A program made the position numbers and the translations under genes. Under the pieces are notes generated by a model. It was not told the origin of the DNA, searched no databases, and was given only the letters and a program-made list of their open reading frames with translations. A stretch of 64,000 nucleotides of DNA from Synechococcus sp. (lineage in GTDB: Bacteria; Cyanobacteriota; Cyanobacteriia; PCC-6307; Cyanobiaceae): the NCBI GenBank assembly GCA_047285535.1, contig JBJBDC010000001.1, forward strand, positions 1,312,136 through 1,376,135, in the 5' to 3' direction. Numbering within the stretch: the first letter of the stretch is position 1; every line of letters starts with the position of its first letter. Positions 36,534 through 47,335 of the stretch are shown here, piece after piece.

Positions 36534-38033
36534 TTACGCCCTGTCAGGGTTCGTTACTACTCGCAATGAAGCAGGTCGTGCTCTGCCGCTGCTAGCCCAT
36601 TGTTTGAGGCTTTCCAGTTGTTCTTTAGCGGTGCGTGAAAGGGGAACCAACTGAGCTGCCGCTTGAATGAGGTCGGACTCAGCCAATTCGCGACCCTCGG
36701 CGAAGGCAAGGTGCATCGCTTCGATCACTGTTTGCTCTAGCTCAGCTCCGGAGTAGCCATCCGTACGGTCGATCACGGTATTCACGGGAAGGGTGAGACC
36801 CGGACGTCTGCGACTGATATGCAATTCCATGATGCTTTGACGCTCAGATCGCGCTGGCATGTCAAGCAAAAAGATCTCATCAAAGCGGCCCTTTCTTAAG
36901 AGTTCAGCGGGCAGGCGATCAACGCCATTCGCCGTAGCCACAACGAAAACAGGAGACGTTTTCTCTGCCATCCAGGTCAGAACCGTGGCTAAGACCCTCT
37001 GACTGGTTCCGCCATCACTACGGCCATCACTGCCAAAACCCTTATCGATCTCATCGATCCAAAGCACGCAGGGAGCCATCGCTTCAGCGCGTTGAATCAT
37101 TTCACGCGTGCGTGCTTCGCTAGCTCCCACGAGGCCAGCAAATAGCCGTCCCACATCCAAACGCAGGAGTGGCATCGACCAACTGTGAGCAATGACCCGT
37201 GCCGTTAGAGATTTGCCAGTCCCCTGCGGCCCCACCAAAAGCACGCCTCTAGGGAGAGGCAAGCCAAATCTTCGAGCTTCGTCACTAAAGGCACGGTGAC
37301 GCTGTTCTAACCATTGCTTGAGAGCCTCTAGGCCACCGATATCCGCGGGCGTGGCCTCTGTCCGACAGAACTCCAATACCTCACTACGAGCAAGGGCTAA
37401 ACGCTTCTCCTCCAGAACATCAGCCAGATCTTCACGACCGAGCTCGCCGCGCTGGGCTAGCGCCTTCGCAGCCACATGACGTACTCGTGATTCGCTCAGT
37501 CCGCAACAAGCATGCGTTAGCTCCTCAAGCACCTCGCTGTTGAGGGGAGAGCCTGCTGCCTTGGAGATATTCCCAAGCAGGGTCATCAGCTCCTCTTCTT
37601 GCGGAAGTGGCAAGTCGAGCAGGGTGAGGGCCTCTTCTAAATCTGGCGGTGGCGTCCAGCTACCACAGCCAAGAACGAGCGTATGAGCGTGCCCCCTCAA
37701 CTGGCTTGTGAGATTGCGAAGCATGCGTGCGATACCCGGGTCATCGCAGAAGCGGTGAACGTCTTTGAGGAGAAGCAGAGTCGGACTATTGCTATCCAGA
37801 TCCTGTAACCACTGCAAAACCACCATGGGCTGACGAGCTCCGAGTCCTTCACTGCCAAGAACACCAGAAAGGCCACTCACGAAATCCCAGGATGCAAGTC
37901 GACGGCCTGATAATCGTTCGGCCGCTTGACTCAAGAGGGATTCAACGCGTTCCTCCTCATGGCTTCGAATCCAGATCAGAGGGGTACCAGCGCGAATCAA
38001 CAGATCGAGTTGTTGCGCCCACTGTTCAGACAC
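36534..38033 (-). CDS. AAA+ ATPase, Ycf46-like
   Basis: Motifs GPQGTGKS, WIDEIDK and RKGRFDE. Confidence 0.9.
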   Translation of the reverse strand: MSEQWAQQLDLLIRAGTPLIWIRSHEEERVESLLSQAAERLSGRRLASWDFVSGLSGVLGSEGLGARQPMVVLQWLQDLDSNSPTLLLLKDVHRFCDDPGIARMLRNLTSQLRGHAHTLVLGCGSWTPPPDLEEALTLLDLPLPQEEELMTLLGNISKAAGSPLNSEVLEELTHACCGLSESRVRHVAAKALAQRGELGREDLADVLEEKRLALARSEVLEFCRTEATPADIGGLEALKQWLEQRHRAFSDEARRFGLPLPRGVLLVGPQGTGKSLTARVIAHSWSMPLLRLDVGRLFAGLVGASEARTREMIQRAEAMAPCVLWIDEIDKGFGSDGRSDGGTSQRVLATVLTWMAEKTSPVFVVATANGVDRLPAELLRKGRFDEIFLLDMPARSERQSIMELHISRRRPGLTLPVNTVIDRTDGYSGAELEQTVIEAMHLAFAEGRELAESDLIQAAAQLVPLSRTAKEQLESLKQWASSGRARPASLRVVTNPDRA

Positions 38034-38043
38034 TGTCCACCAC

Positions 38044-38577
38044 CTACGTCTCTCCTGAATCAGAGCGCAAGGGCAGTAGAGCCTCCCAACGCGGATCCGT
38101 ATCTGGCAACGCTGAAAGAGAGGCCTCTTGGTTAGCCGGCTGAGGCATGCCAGGGCAACCATCGCCACAGGTGTTGACTGCTGGCAACTGAAGACTTAAT
38201 TGTTCGAAAACCCATCGTTCTGGCTCGAAACTCCCTTTGGGATCTAGGCAATCCACAAGCCCATCGACTCCTAAGGGATCAATCCCCTCTTCAGCCATAG
38301 CAACGGAAGCTTCCATGTCGCCGAGCCAGATCAACTCATTCTCAAGGGTGGAAAGTGTCTGATTAAACTGATTAAGACAGCGATCACAGCAAAGACAAAC
38401 AATGGTGTTCGCCATCCCCTTCACTTCAAGAATGTTCCCTCGGTGCTCAGCATGAATGGTTCCGCGAACCGGTGTGAGAGTCTTTAATTCATCAAGATAG
38501 CCCTCAAATTCCCAATCACGAACGGAACCAAGCGCTTGCAGCTCGAGAAGTGGAACGGGCTCAAGCCCAGGAATCAT
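38044..38577 (-). CDS. YceD/DUF177 metal-binding protein
   Basis: Motifs CDRCL, C...C.G and DPRW..L. Confidence 0.88.
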   Translation of the reverse strand: MIPGLEPVPLLELQALGSVRDWEFEGYLDELKTLTPVRGTIHAEHRGNILEVKGMANTIVCLCCDRCLNQFNQTLSTLENELIWLGDMEASVAMAEEGIDPLGVDGLVDCLDPKGSFEPERWVFEQLSLQLPAVNTCGDGCPGMPQPANQEASLSALPDTDPRWEALLPLRSDSGET

Positions 38578-39725
38578 TTGTTTCCACCTTTGGGTTCAAA
38601 AGGCATGCGCCCTGAGGACGATCCACCACCTGCGGAGGCTGAAGCAGGAGTCTGAGACTTCTGAAGAAGCTGGTTGTCAAGAATGGATTGGAGGTTGTCT
38701 GGGAGGGCCTCGCGAGTCAAAAGAAAAGTTTGAAAGGCCTGGAAGATATTGGCGATCACCATGTAAAGCAACACACCGGCAGGCAGCGGGAAGAATAAGA
38801 ACATCCCTGTGATCATCAGTGGAGTGATCTTATTTGCGGTGGACTGCTGAGGATTCACAGGCATGCCCATCCCAGACAGAAGCTGCGAGACAAACAAGCT
38901 CAAACCAAAAGCACCGACCAGAATCGCAATATCCCAATTGATCGCTCCCTCTGTGTAGAAGCCAACTTGGCCAAGAGCTTTGATAAACAAAAATCCACTG
39001 CGTGCAGCCAGGCCAGGGATCTTTCCCTCCACGGTTGCATCACCGGTCGTCAGAGCCTCAATCTTGCCGTTCGGACTCACTTTGACGACACCCTCACCTT
39101 TAGTGACTGTCCAAGCCGGGAGGAAGCGTTCTCCGTTATCAACTCCAGAAATTACATCACGGAAACTCTGTCCGCTGCGTGTCTCAAGCTGAATCGCCAC
39201 AGAGTCTCCTGTTCCGAGTTTCGATCCACCAGGAAGGCTTGCGACAACAGGCACATGGTTTGTTTCCGTAATAAAAATTGAGTGGCTAGCACTCGTGAAA
39301 GGCTTGGGCTCAACAGCTGCTATTTGATCTGCAGGCAACACTTTGAGATTGAGCGTGTAGGGCACATCAGCGAAGGGTGAACCCCGCAATGTTGCAAATA
39401 ACGCGAACAGAATTGGCATTTGGACCAGTAGGGGCAGGCAACCAGCCAATGGACTACCGAACTCCTTCATCAACTTCCCCAGTTCAGCTTGCTGTTTTTG
39501 GGGATCGCTTGCATAGCGAGCTTTGATTTCCGCCTGACGTTTCTGCATGACGGGCTGTGCAATGCGCATGCGCCTCGCACTTCGAATGGATCCGGCACTG
39601 AGCGGAAACAACGCCAGGCGGATCACCACCGTGAGGGCCACGATTGCGAGGCCATAGCTAGGGACCAATCCATAGAAAAAATCCAGGATTGGAAGCAACA
39701 GATTGTCGGAGATGTACCCGATCAC
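38574..39725 (-). CDS. yidC: Membrane protein insertase YidC
   Basis: Motifs YGLAI..LT..IR, GCLP.LVQMPI and PAGVLLY. Confidence 0.96.
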   Translation of the reverse strand: MIGYISDNLLLPILDFFYGLVPSYGLAIVALTVVIRLALFPLSAGSIRSARRMRIAQPVMQKRQAEIKARYASDPQKQQAELGKLMKEFGSPLAGCLPLLVQMPILFALFATLRGSPFADVPYTLNLKVLPADQIAAVEPKPFTSASHSIFITETNHVPVVASLPGGSKLGTGDSVAIQLETRSGQSFRDVISGVDNGERFLPAWTVTKGEGVVKVSPNGKIEALTTGDATVEGKIPGLAARSGFLFIKALGQVGFYTEGAINWDIAILVGAFGLSLFVSQLLSGMGMPVNPQQSTANKITPLMITGMFLFFPLPAGVLLYMVIANIFQAFQTFLLTREALPDNLQSILDNQLLQKSQTPASASAGGGSSSGRMPFEPKGGNK

Positions 39726-39815
39726 GATGATGTTCCGAGTGATTGATGAATGTTGTTGCCAGTGTGCAACAGCACAGGGGCTTCTGCGGAAATTCGCTTA
39801 GAGAAGATCAAGGGT

Positions 39816-40232
39816 TCAGGCGGCGAAGCCTTTGCTTGCAACTGACTTCGAACCGGAGCTTTCCCGCCCCGTAGGGATGCGCTCCTCGATAAAAGCCTGA
39901 ATCTCTCGGAAACGCGGTACAGAGCGAAGTTCCAAGCGTGATCCATCTGTCAGGACAAGAACCATATCGCCCCAGGCGCCGAATCCACGAGAGACACTTC
40001 GGACCTCCCGCACCTGACTGAACACCACCTGACTGCGATCTCTTCCCATCCAGCCACCAGTAACGGAAATACGCCGACTAGTGATGTTGAAGCGCAACCA
40101 AACGGCACGAACAATCGCTCCGACCGCAAAGGGCAATCCAATCAAGGTCAGTCCCAGCAACAAGTTGAAAATCAAGTCACCCCGAGCTGGGCCACCCTCG
40201 TAGAAGGTTTCTTCATGAATAGGAGTTGGCAT
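39816..40232 (-). CDS. Bacterial PH domain membrane protein
   Basis: Position between rnpA and yidC; ITSRRISV.GG and GDMVL motifs. Confidence 0.82.
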   Translation of the reverse strand: MPTPIHEETFYEGGPARGDLIFNLLLGLTLIGLPFAVGAIVRAVWLRFNITSRRISVTGGWMGRDRSQVVFSQVREVRSVSRGFGAWGDMVLVLTDGSRLELRSVPRFREIQAFIEERIPTGRESSGSKSVASKGFAA

Positions 40233-40234
40233 CG

Positions 40235-40624
40235 TTAATACCCAGCTTGATGGAGCAATCTGTCGCATTCTTCCAGGACTCGGGCTTTTGAGGCCTCCGC
40301 ACCGGGTTTAAGGCTGATCAAAACCCATGTGTTTGCGTGCTGGAAAGACTGCTCAAAGTGTCGACGCAAATGGTCGTGGAGGCAGCGTCTGAGCTGATTA
40401 CGGATCACAGCCCGCTTGCTGACTTTGCCACTAATCACAACGGCACAACGGCAAACGGCAAATTCGCTCTGATTGTCAGTAGGGCGGCAATCCGAACGCA
40501 AAAGTTGCGGCATCGCCGCGGCTTTACGCAAGGTCATCAATGTTCCGTGGAAGCGCTGTCCTTTGCGATGCAAATAATGAAAACAGCGGTGACCCCGCAA
40601 TCTCATCGCAGTAGGAAGAACCAT
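40235..40624 (-). CDS. rnpA: Ribonuclease P protein component
   Basis: ISGKVSKRAVIRN motif; synteny with rpmH and yidC. Confidence 0.93.
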   Translation of the reverse strand: MVLPTAMRLRGHRCFHYLHRKGQRFHGTLMTLRKAAAMPQLLRSDCRPTDNQSEFAVCRCAVVISGKVSKRAVIRNQLRRCLHDHLRRHFEQSFQHANTWVLISLKPGAEASKARVLEECDRLLHQAGY

Positions 40625-40676
40625 CGAAATTCATCCAGGGATCGAGCCAAAGCGAATCAGTTGTGACTGAACACAC

Positions 40677-40814
40677 TCAGGAGGCAAGACGAGCACGTCC
40701 TCTTTTTCGACGTGATCGAATCACGCGGCGTCCTGTGTGAGATCGCATGCGCACACGAAAACCAGAAACGCGCTTGCGTTTACGGCTTGTGCCACCAAGA
40801 GTTCTTTTTGTCAT
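40677..40814 (-). CDS. rpmH: 50S ribosomal protein L34
   Basis: [45 protein letters not shown], read manually. Confidence 0.97.
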   Translation of the reverse strand: MTKRTLGGTSRKRKRVSGFRVRMRSHTGRRVIRSRRKRGRARLAS

Positions 40815-40869
40815 GGATTTACTAGGGCGCCCAGCCTTTATTCAGAGTGACGAGTTTATCAGCCAATGC

Positions 40870-41460
40870 TTAATCGATACTGAAGTTCCAGGTGCCTAAG
40901 TAGCCAGCCACTGGAACATCTCCAGGAGCCTGTGCCAGGGCATTGAACATAAACATTCCACCTTGACTGGGATTGAAGATCGTCATGGAAACGGCATAGG
41001 TGTCTTCCGTTGGGATGGGTGTTTCTGGAAAAACCTCGATGACCCTTTGATTCTCACTGACCTCAAAAACGGCGGGAATGACTTCTTCACAACGGCTTCT
41101 CGCCAGCATTCCACCCTTCTTCATTTTGCAGAGTTTCAACTTATTGGGGCGGATTTTGGCGTTGAAATGCTTAGGGATTTCAATACTCAATTTCAAGATT
41201 GCGGTTTTGCGATCTTTAGGACGGATCATGAAAAAGTATTCAGCCCGCTCGCGTCGTCGATCGCTGGTTTGTACGTAATAAAGCTTTCTGTAGGCTTGAT
41301 CCTGGTCCCATCGAAACTCCAGCAAAGCAGGAGTGTTCTGAGCCTGAACAGCCACTGGTCGAGACATCTCGATGACAGAGGCAGAGCCAATCACTCCACA
41401 ACCGATGAGCCCCGCAGTAAAAGCTAGGCGGCGAATCGGGGTCTTAGGCAGGAGGTTCAT
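40870..41460 (-). CDS. DUF2808-like exported protein
   Basis: Signal peptide; NP..GGMF.FNA and Y.G.W motifs. Confidence 0.75.
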   Translation of the reverse strand: MNLLPKTPIRRLAFTAGLIGCGVIGSASVIEMSRPVAVQAQNTPALLEFRWDQDQAYRKLYYVQTSDRRRERAEYFFMIRPKDRKTAILKLSIEIPKHFNAKIRPNKLKLCKMKKGGMLARSRCEEVIPAVFEVSENQRVIEVFPETPIPTEDTYAVSMTIFNPSQGGMFMFNALAQAPGDVPVAGYLGTWNFSID

Positions 41461-41556
41461 TGCTTGGGTTGGTGAGAACTTTCACCATCGTTAGATCTAC
41501 TGATTGTCCTAACGACATCCTGCAACAGGGAGCTGCGAGGGCCGGCGCTCCATCTG

Positions 41557-41943
41557 TCAGTTGTGACCGGATCTATCTGGCCTGAGACGACTGGCTTCTC
41601 CCAGGTAGGCATGGCGAAGGTCGTGATCATCTGGCATCCATGCATGGGCCAGAAGACGAATGCACCTCGGAAGGTCACCCTCGACAGCCATTTGCTGACA
41701 GTCGATGAGGGCCACACCATCCCAACCTTCGCGACGACGAGCGATGGCAGCCGGGAAACAAGCATCAAGATCAGTTGTCACAGAAAATGTGATTGACACG
41801 ATGCACTCAGGCTGCAATGCATTGTGCTCAACCAGGGCATCCATCAGTTCAGAGACCGCCTTCTCAATGGCAAAAACAGTATTTGCGCTGCAGGTGGTCG
41901 CACCACGTAGACCTCGCAAAACCATTCCACTGCCTAAGTTCAT
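41557..41943 (-). CDS. aroH: Chorismate mutase, AroH type
   Basis: Motifs RGLRGATT, DLDACFPA, CIR and LRPD. Confidence 0.93.
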   Translation of the reverse strand: MNLGSGMVLRGLRGATTCSANTVFAIEKAVSELMDALVEHNALQPECIVSITFSVTTDLDACFPAAIARRREGWDGVALIDCQQMAVEGDLPRCIRLLAHAWMPDDHDLRHAYLGEASRLRPDRSGHN

Positions 41944-42752
41944 GGCCGAAACAGCCAAAGAGGTTGGCCGCTGAGCTCAAGTTCCACCATGACTAGCTCC
42001 TGAATTCGCGCAACAACCTTCGATCCCGACAACCCTTGCAACAACGTCTTACGGGGTTTGCCAAGGGTCACCACCCGACAGCGTTCCTCATCCAGATCAG
42101 CCATCTTTGCCGCAAGAACCCTTGCACATTCCTCATCTCCCAGCTCATCCACCAGGCCAAGATCCTTAGCTTGCGCACCACTGAACACGCGACCATCAGC
42201 AAACTCCCGAACGCAGTTGGCGTCGAGCTTCCGCCCCTCAGCAACGGCAGCTACAAATTGTTCATAACTGCTATCGATCAGAGCTTGCAGAAGATGACGT
42301 TCCTCTGGGCTGAGTGCACGATCAGGAGAAAGAATGTCTTTGAAGGCGCCACTTTTTACTGTTTCAAATTTAACGCCAACACGTTCAAGCAATTTGGAAA
42401 GATTGTTGCCGCGAAGAATCACACCGATAGATCCCGTAATCGTGCCTGGATTCGACACGATCGTTTCAGCGGCAACACCTACGTAAACCCCACCGGATGC
42501 TGAGATGTTTCCGAAGCTGGCGACAACGCGACAACCCTTTTCTCGCAATCTCATCAGAGCAGCGTGAATCTCCTGACTATCACCAACAGTCCCTCCAGGA
42601 CTATCAATTCTCAGCAACAATGCGGGGAACTCCCGCTCCTGCACCTCCTTCAACGCTTTCAGGACGCGGCGGCGTGTAGAGCCCGTAATTGCTCCCTCAA
42701 TGGCGATCCTCGCCATCCTTCGCCTGGATTTGCGGCGCCAGGGCCAGAGCAT
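41940..42752 (-). CDS. sppA: Signal peptide peptidase SppA
   Basis: Motifs RIDSPGG, ASGGVY, TGSIGV and DGRVFSG. Confidence 0.93.
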   Translation of the reverse strand: MLWPWRRKSRRRMARIAIEGAITGSTRRRVLKALKEVQEREFPALLLRIDSPGGTVGDSQEIHAALMRLREKGCRVVASFGNISASGGVYVGVAAETIVSNPGTITGSIGVILRGNNLSKLLERVGVKFETVKSGAFKDILSPDRALSPEERHLLQALIDSSYEQFVAAVAEGRKLDANCVREFADGRVFSGAQAKDLGLVDELGDEECARVLAAKMADLDEERCRVVTLGKPRKTLLQGLSGSKVVARIQELVMVELELSGQPLWLFRP

Positions 42753-42806
42753 GACGTTCAATCGAAAACCATTTGATCTTAAAAAGGAACCTGTTCGCGG
42801 CATCCC

Positions 42807-43769
42807 ATGGGATTTCTCCGCCGAGGGCTGCTGATGATCCTCCCTTTCGTCCTCTGGGGAACAGCCATGACTGCGATGGCACCGCTCGTCATGACTGGTG
42901 GGCCCATTCTTGTGGCCTGTTTGAGATTGCTTCCTGCAGGGATCGTAGTGATCGCAAGCGTTCCGCTTCTCGGACGCTCCTTAGCAATTGATTCCGCCGA
43001 TCGAGGATGGTTTCTCCTGTTCACCCTGATTGATGCCTTGCTGTTCCAGATTTGTCTAGCCCGTGGACTTGAAGGCACAGGAGCCGGCCTTGGGTCGGTC
43101 TTGATTGATTCCCAGCCTCTGATGGTGGCGCTCCTGGCCCGCTGGATTTTTTCCGAATCAATTAATCCCGTGGGTTGGCTGGGTTTAGTACTCGGTCTGG
43201 GGGGAATTGTTTGCCTTGGTGTTCCTCAACCGCTGCTTCAGCACTGGTGGCTATTAGGTGAGAGCGTTTCATTTAACTCTGATTGGCAGGCTGGAACTGG
43301 ATGGATGTTGGTCGCTGCCATTGCGATGGCGATCGGCACCGTGCTGAGTCGATACGCCTGCCGTCACAGTGATCCAGTTGCCGTCACGGGTTGGCACATG
43401 CTGCTGGGAGGGCTTCCACTTTTGGTTTGGCATGGCATCGACGAAGCATTCCCCTTCATTCCGCCTTGGTCCGCCCTTGCCTGGACGCAAATGGCTTATG
43501 CATCCCTGATGGGAAGCGCCTTGGCCTACGCACTATTTTTTTGGTTCGCAAGTCGTGAGGATCTCACCGGATTCACCACACTTGGATTTCTAACACCAGT
43601 TTTTGCACTTGCTTCTGGGGGTCTGCTGTTGGAGGAACGACTGAAAACCCTTCAATGGTTCGCTGTCGTTTTGGTCCTCCTATCGGTGGTGCTGGTCAGC
43701 CAGCGCAAGCGACTCTGGGAGCCACTTGCTTTCGTCAACGATCCTCAACAAAGCGATATCGGCGCATGA
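42807..43769 (+). CDS. DMT/EamA family transporter
   Basis: About 10 transmembrane segments in two EamA-like repeats. Confidence 0.88.
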   Translation: MGFLRRGLLMILPFVLWGTAMTAMAPLVMTGGPILVACLRLLPAGIVVIASVPLLGRSLAIDSADRGWFLLFTLIDALLFQICLARGLEGTGAGLGSVLIDSQPLMVALLARWIFSESINPVGWLGLVLGLGGIVCLGVPQPLLQHWWLLGESVSFNSDWQAGTGWMLVAAIAMAIGTVLSRYACRHSDPVAVTGWHMLLGGLPLLVWHGIDEAFPFIPPWSALAWTQMAYASLMGSALAYALFFWFASREDLTGFTTLGFLTPVFALASGGLLLEERLKTLQWFAVVLVLLSVVLVSQRKRLWEPLAFVNDPQQSDIGA

Positions 43770-44878
43770 GCAAAGCTCCCCTTGATTTAATTCTGGTGAG
43801 TACACCCATCGGTCACCTAGGCAGCGGCCGCGGTGGAGGAGTTGAACTGACTCTCAATTCATTATTAAAAGGCCTTGTCACAAGGGGGCATCGGATCACC
43901 CTCGTCGCCCCGGATGAATCAGTTATTCCCCATGACTGCGATGGCCTCAAAGTGCACACCGCCAGGGGTGACGATCAACCCAGCTGGCAGCATGCGGATT
44001 TTGATGCTTCCATCCAAATCCCTTTTGATGGAGTCCTTCCCCGTCTCTGGGATCTTGCGCTGACTTTGGGAGAAGGAGCAGATGCTGTTATCAACTTCAG
44101 CTACGACTGGTTGCCTCTCTGGCTCACCCCCCATGTGAAGGCATCGGTATTTCATTTAGTGAGTATGGGTTCTGTATCTCGAGCGATGGACGATGCCGTC
44201 TCACAATTGGCTAGCTGGGACCAGAGACGACTGTGTTTCCATACCCATCGGCAGGCCGAAGATTTTTCATTGCCCAATGAGCCTTCAATTGTTGGGAATG
44301 GCTTTGACTTAAGCCGTTACCAGCTGCAGCTGAACCCCCTAGGCCCTTTGGGTTGGGTCGGGCGCGTCGCGCCAGAAAAGGGGCTCGAAGATGCTGCTGC
44401 GGTCGCTGCAGCAATGGGTGAGTCACTCTTGGTTTGGGGTCTAGTGGAAGATCCTCGGTATGCCGAAGAGGTTGAGGCTTCCGTCCCTGCAGGCACCCTT
44501 GAATGGCGTGGTTTCCAGCCCACAGATTCACTTCAAAAAGAACTGGGAGGCTGCCGCGCCCTGCTGAACACTCCGAAGTGGAATGAGGCTTATGGGAATG
44601 TGGTGATGGAAGCGATGGCCTGTGGTGTACCAGTGGTGGCCTATGACCGTGGGGGTCCAGGCGAACTGATTCAAAATGGTGTAACTGGTTGGCTGGTGCC
44701 ACCAGACGATGTTGAAGCCTTAACGGAGGCCAGTCGCAAGATCGAGCAGATTGATCGTCGTGCTTGCCGCAATTGGGTGGAACAGTCTGCGAGCCATCAA
44801 GTGTTTGCACAACGCATTGAACACTGGCTCAGACAGGGACTCACAGCAGGTGATAGCACGATCGCCCCATGCCGATGA
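43766..44878 (+). CDS. Glycosyltransferase family 4
   Basis: Motifs GRVAPEKG and EAYG.V.MEAMACGVPVV. Confidence 0.9.
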   Translation: MSKAPLDLILVSTPIGHLGSGRGGGVELTLNSLLKGLVTRGHRITLVAPDESVIPHDCDGLKVHTARGDDQPSWQHADFDASIQIPFDGVLPRLWDLALTLGEGADAVINFSYDWLPLWLTPHVKASVFHLVSMGSVSRAMDDAVSQLASWDQRRLCFHTHRQAEDFSLPNEPSIVGNGFDLSRYQLQLNPLGPLGWVGRVAPEKGLEDAAAVAAAMGESLLVWGLVEDPRYAEEVEASVPAGTLEWRGFQPTDSLQKELGGCRALLNTPKWNEAYGNVVMEAMACGVPVVAYDRGGPGELIQNGVTGWLVPPDDVEALTEASRKIEQIDRRACRNWVEQSASHQVFAQRIEHWLRQGLTAGDSTIAPCR

Positions 44879-46719
44879 TCACTGTCCCCACGACGAAACT
44901 CATGTCAACAAGACAGCGAATCCGAGGGCTCTTGTTGATTTTCACCCTTGGTATTGCCTTGTGCTGCTGGCAACTTGGCGCTACTGGCTTAGTGGATGAG
45001 ACACCACCGTTATTTGCGGCAGCTGGTCGTGCCATGGCTAGCACCGGTGACTGGTTAACCCCTCGAGTGAACGGATTGCCCAGATTCGACAAACCTCCAC
45101 TGGTGTATTGGCTGATGGGCCTGGGCTATGCCCTTCCAGGCAACGAGCTCTGGGATCCACTCGGAACATGGGCCGGCAGGCTGCCCTCCGCCTTGGCGAG
45201 TGTGGCGACAATGCTGATGCTCGGAGACACCTTGATGGTTCACCCGGCAGCAAATGACAATTACCCTCGCCGTACTGGAGTTGCAGCCGCACTGGCCTTC
45301 TCGCTGTCCCCCTTGGTACAGCTATGGAGTCGTACGGCTGTAAGCGATGCCTTGCTCAGCGGCACCCTAGCCCTGAGCCTTCTTTGCCAATGGCGGTGCT
45401 ATGCCAGCGGCAATTCTCGGCGTTGGTGGCTCGCCTGGCTGCTTCTCGCATTTGCCGTTCTGACCAAAGGACCAGTCGCGGTTGTCCTGAGCGGCATGAC
45501 CCTCTTTCTTTTTTCATTACTCCGACGAGATTTCACTGGAGTTTGGCGATGCATCAAACCAGTTCGTGGATTAGCTCTCACAGCACTCGTGAGTCTTCCT
45601 TGGTATGTCGCAGAGTTGTTGGTCGAAGGACAACCTTTTTGGGACAGCTTTTTTGGGTATCACAATCTGCAACGCTTCACTTCTGTTGTGAACAGCCACC
45701 TACAGCCATGGTGGTTTTTTGGAGTGATTCTGGTTGTGGCATCACTACCATTCACACCTTTTTTACTTCTTGGACTGGGGCAAACCCTGAACTCAATCGA
45801 TGTGAAAACTCAGTTGAAAACGTTCAAACAAAAGGAAGTTTTTTCTTTGCAGAGTTTTGCCAGCTGCTGGCTTTTGTCGGTCCTTCTGCTCTTCACCACT
45901 GCTGCCACAAAACTTCCTAGCTACTGGCTGCCTGCGACGCCAGCAGCTGCCATCCTCATTGCATTAGCCGCAGGTCCAAACTCACGACGAGGACTCCTCT
46001 CAACATGGACGTGGGGCACAACAGTTTTACTCACTCTGCTTTTATCCATTGGTTTCTGGAGTTCTTCGATCTGGATCCCTCTGATCAATGACCCCGAAAT
46101 GCCATCACTGCCAGGAGAGCTCTTGGCAAGCCGACTGGTCTTGAGGGCTGCCGTTTGTTTTTCGACTGCTGGCGCTTTAGGGCTTTGGCTGATCAGGAGG
46201 CCTGCACCAGGTCGCTTATTGGCCATGCAGGGGCCGTTGGTGGTTTTCCAGCTGGTTGCCCTAATTCCGATGATTGATTTGGGCGATCGGGTTCGCCATC
46301 TTCCCGTTCGTAACGCTGCAGCAACCATGTTGCATGTCCAAAAACCATCAGAGCCATTGGCAATGGTGGGAGCAATGAAACCTTCTCTTCACTTCTATAC
46401 GAAGCAAGTGATTGTCTATGAAGGACGCTCTGATTCAGCCCTCGTCAACCTTTCTGATCGGTTGCAGAACGAACAGCGTCGTGGTTGGCAGGGCCATCCC
46501 ATCGATAGCAAGGAAGGATCTCCCACAGTTCTGATCGTGATTGATTCCGGCACATTGCAACGCTCTTACTGGCAAGGACTCGATCCAGAAGTACTTGGCC
46601 AATTCGGTATCTACAACGTTTTGCGGATTAAAAGAGCCCGTCTGAAGCAGCGAGCTGCCGAGCTCCAAGCCGATGGAGTCACGCTGACTTGGAAGACCCC
46701 TCGACCAGAGCGTTTTTAA
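44869..46719 (+). CDS. ArnT/PMT-family membrane glycosyltransferase
   Basis: Motifs DE, FDKPPL.YW, LTKGP and TKLPSY.LP. Confidence 0.88.
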   Translation: MPMITVPTTKLMSTRQRIRGLLLIFTLGIALCCWQLGATGLVDETPPLFAAAGRAMASTGDWLTPRVNGLPRFDKPPLVYWLMGLGYALPGNELWDPLGTWAGRLPSALASVATMLMLGDTLMVHPAANDNYPRRTGVAAALAFSLSPLVQLWSRTAVSDALLSGTLALSLLCQWRCYASGNSRRWWLAWLLLAFAVLTKGPVAVVLSGMTLFLFSLLRRDFTGVWRCIKPVRGLALTALVSLPWYVAELLVEGQPFWDSFFGYHNLQRFTSVVNSHLQPWWFFGVILVVASLPFTPFLLLGLGQTLNSIDVKTQLKTFKQKEVFSLQSFASCWLLSVLLLFTTAATKLPSYWLPATPAAAILIALAAGPNSRRGLLSTWTWGTTVLLTLLLSIGFWSSSIWIPLINDPEMPSLPGELLASRLVLRAAVCFSTAGALGLWLIRRPAPGRLLAMQGPLVVFQLVALIPMIDLGDRVRHLPVRNAAATMLHVQKPSEPLAMVGAMKPSLHFYTKQVIVYEGRSDSALVNLSDRLQNEQRRGWQGHPIDSKEGSPTVLIVIDSGTLQRSYWQGLDPEVLGQFGIYNVLRIKRARLKQRAAELQADGVTLTWKTPRPERF

Positions 46720-47257
46720 CTGACTGATTCTTCTCGGCTGGCAAGGAAAGTTGCACCCTGCGACAAAAGCCGCAGTACCCCCAGAGAGCCATTTCACCGG
46801 CCGGAGCTGGACTTTTGCAACGTGGACATGAAGCCATCCCATGAACATCAGTCCGGCTCGGATGCCGAGCCCAGACACTCTCTTCAGTTTCCAACTGCGA
46901 AGAGGAAGAGGGATAGTGCCGCTGGATCCGCAGATCCCGAACGACATGACCAGCACTTCGTATGGCCGCCAACAGCTGAGGCTTGCTGTACTGCAAAGCC
47001 TGACGCCATTGCGGATGGCGCGCCCCCACCGTGAGCACGCCATGACTCAAATTCAAGGGTCTGCAGTGATCAGATAATGGACTGCCCGCCAGTTGAGCCC
47101 AGTCCTGCCATAACGCAGCCAGTGATCCCTCCCTCCGCCACGTACTCCGTAGAGATTGAAGACACTCAAAAAGAGGCTGCGCCTGAGCAGGCTTGGGCTG
47201 CAGCAACACCTCACCCCGTCCAAAACGGCGCCTTTGAGATCGAGGTGCTCTACCCAT
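46679..47257 (-). CDS. DUF721/DciA-like protein with a Zn ribbon
   Basis: W..LAG..L..HCRP motif and two CxxC pairs. Confidence 0.78.
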   Translation of the reverse strand: MGRAPRSQRRRFGRGEVLLQPKPAQAQPLFECLQSLRSTWRREGSLAALWQDWAQLAGSPLSDHCRPLNLSHGVLTVGARHPQWRQALQYSKPQLLAAIRSAGHVVRDLRIQRHYPSSSSQLETEESVWARHPSRTDVHGMASCPRCKSPAPAGEMALWGYCGFCRRVQLSLPAEKNQSVKNALVEGSSKSA

Positions 47258-47335
47258 CACATCACCCAATTGTTTGAACACTAGTTGGGGAAGTCCGTTC
47301 CTCTCGCTAATCTCTGGCTCTGCTCACCCCGATCC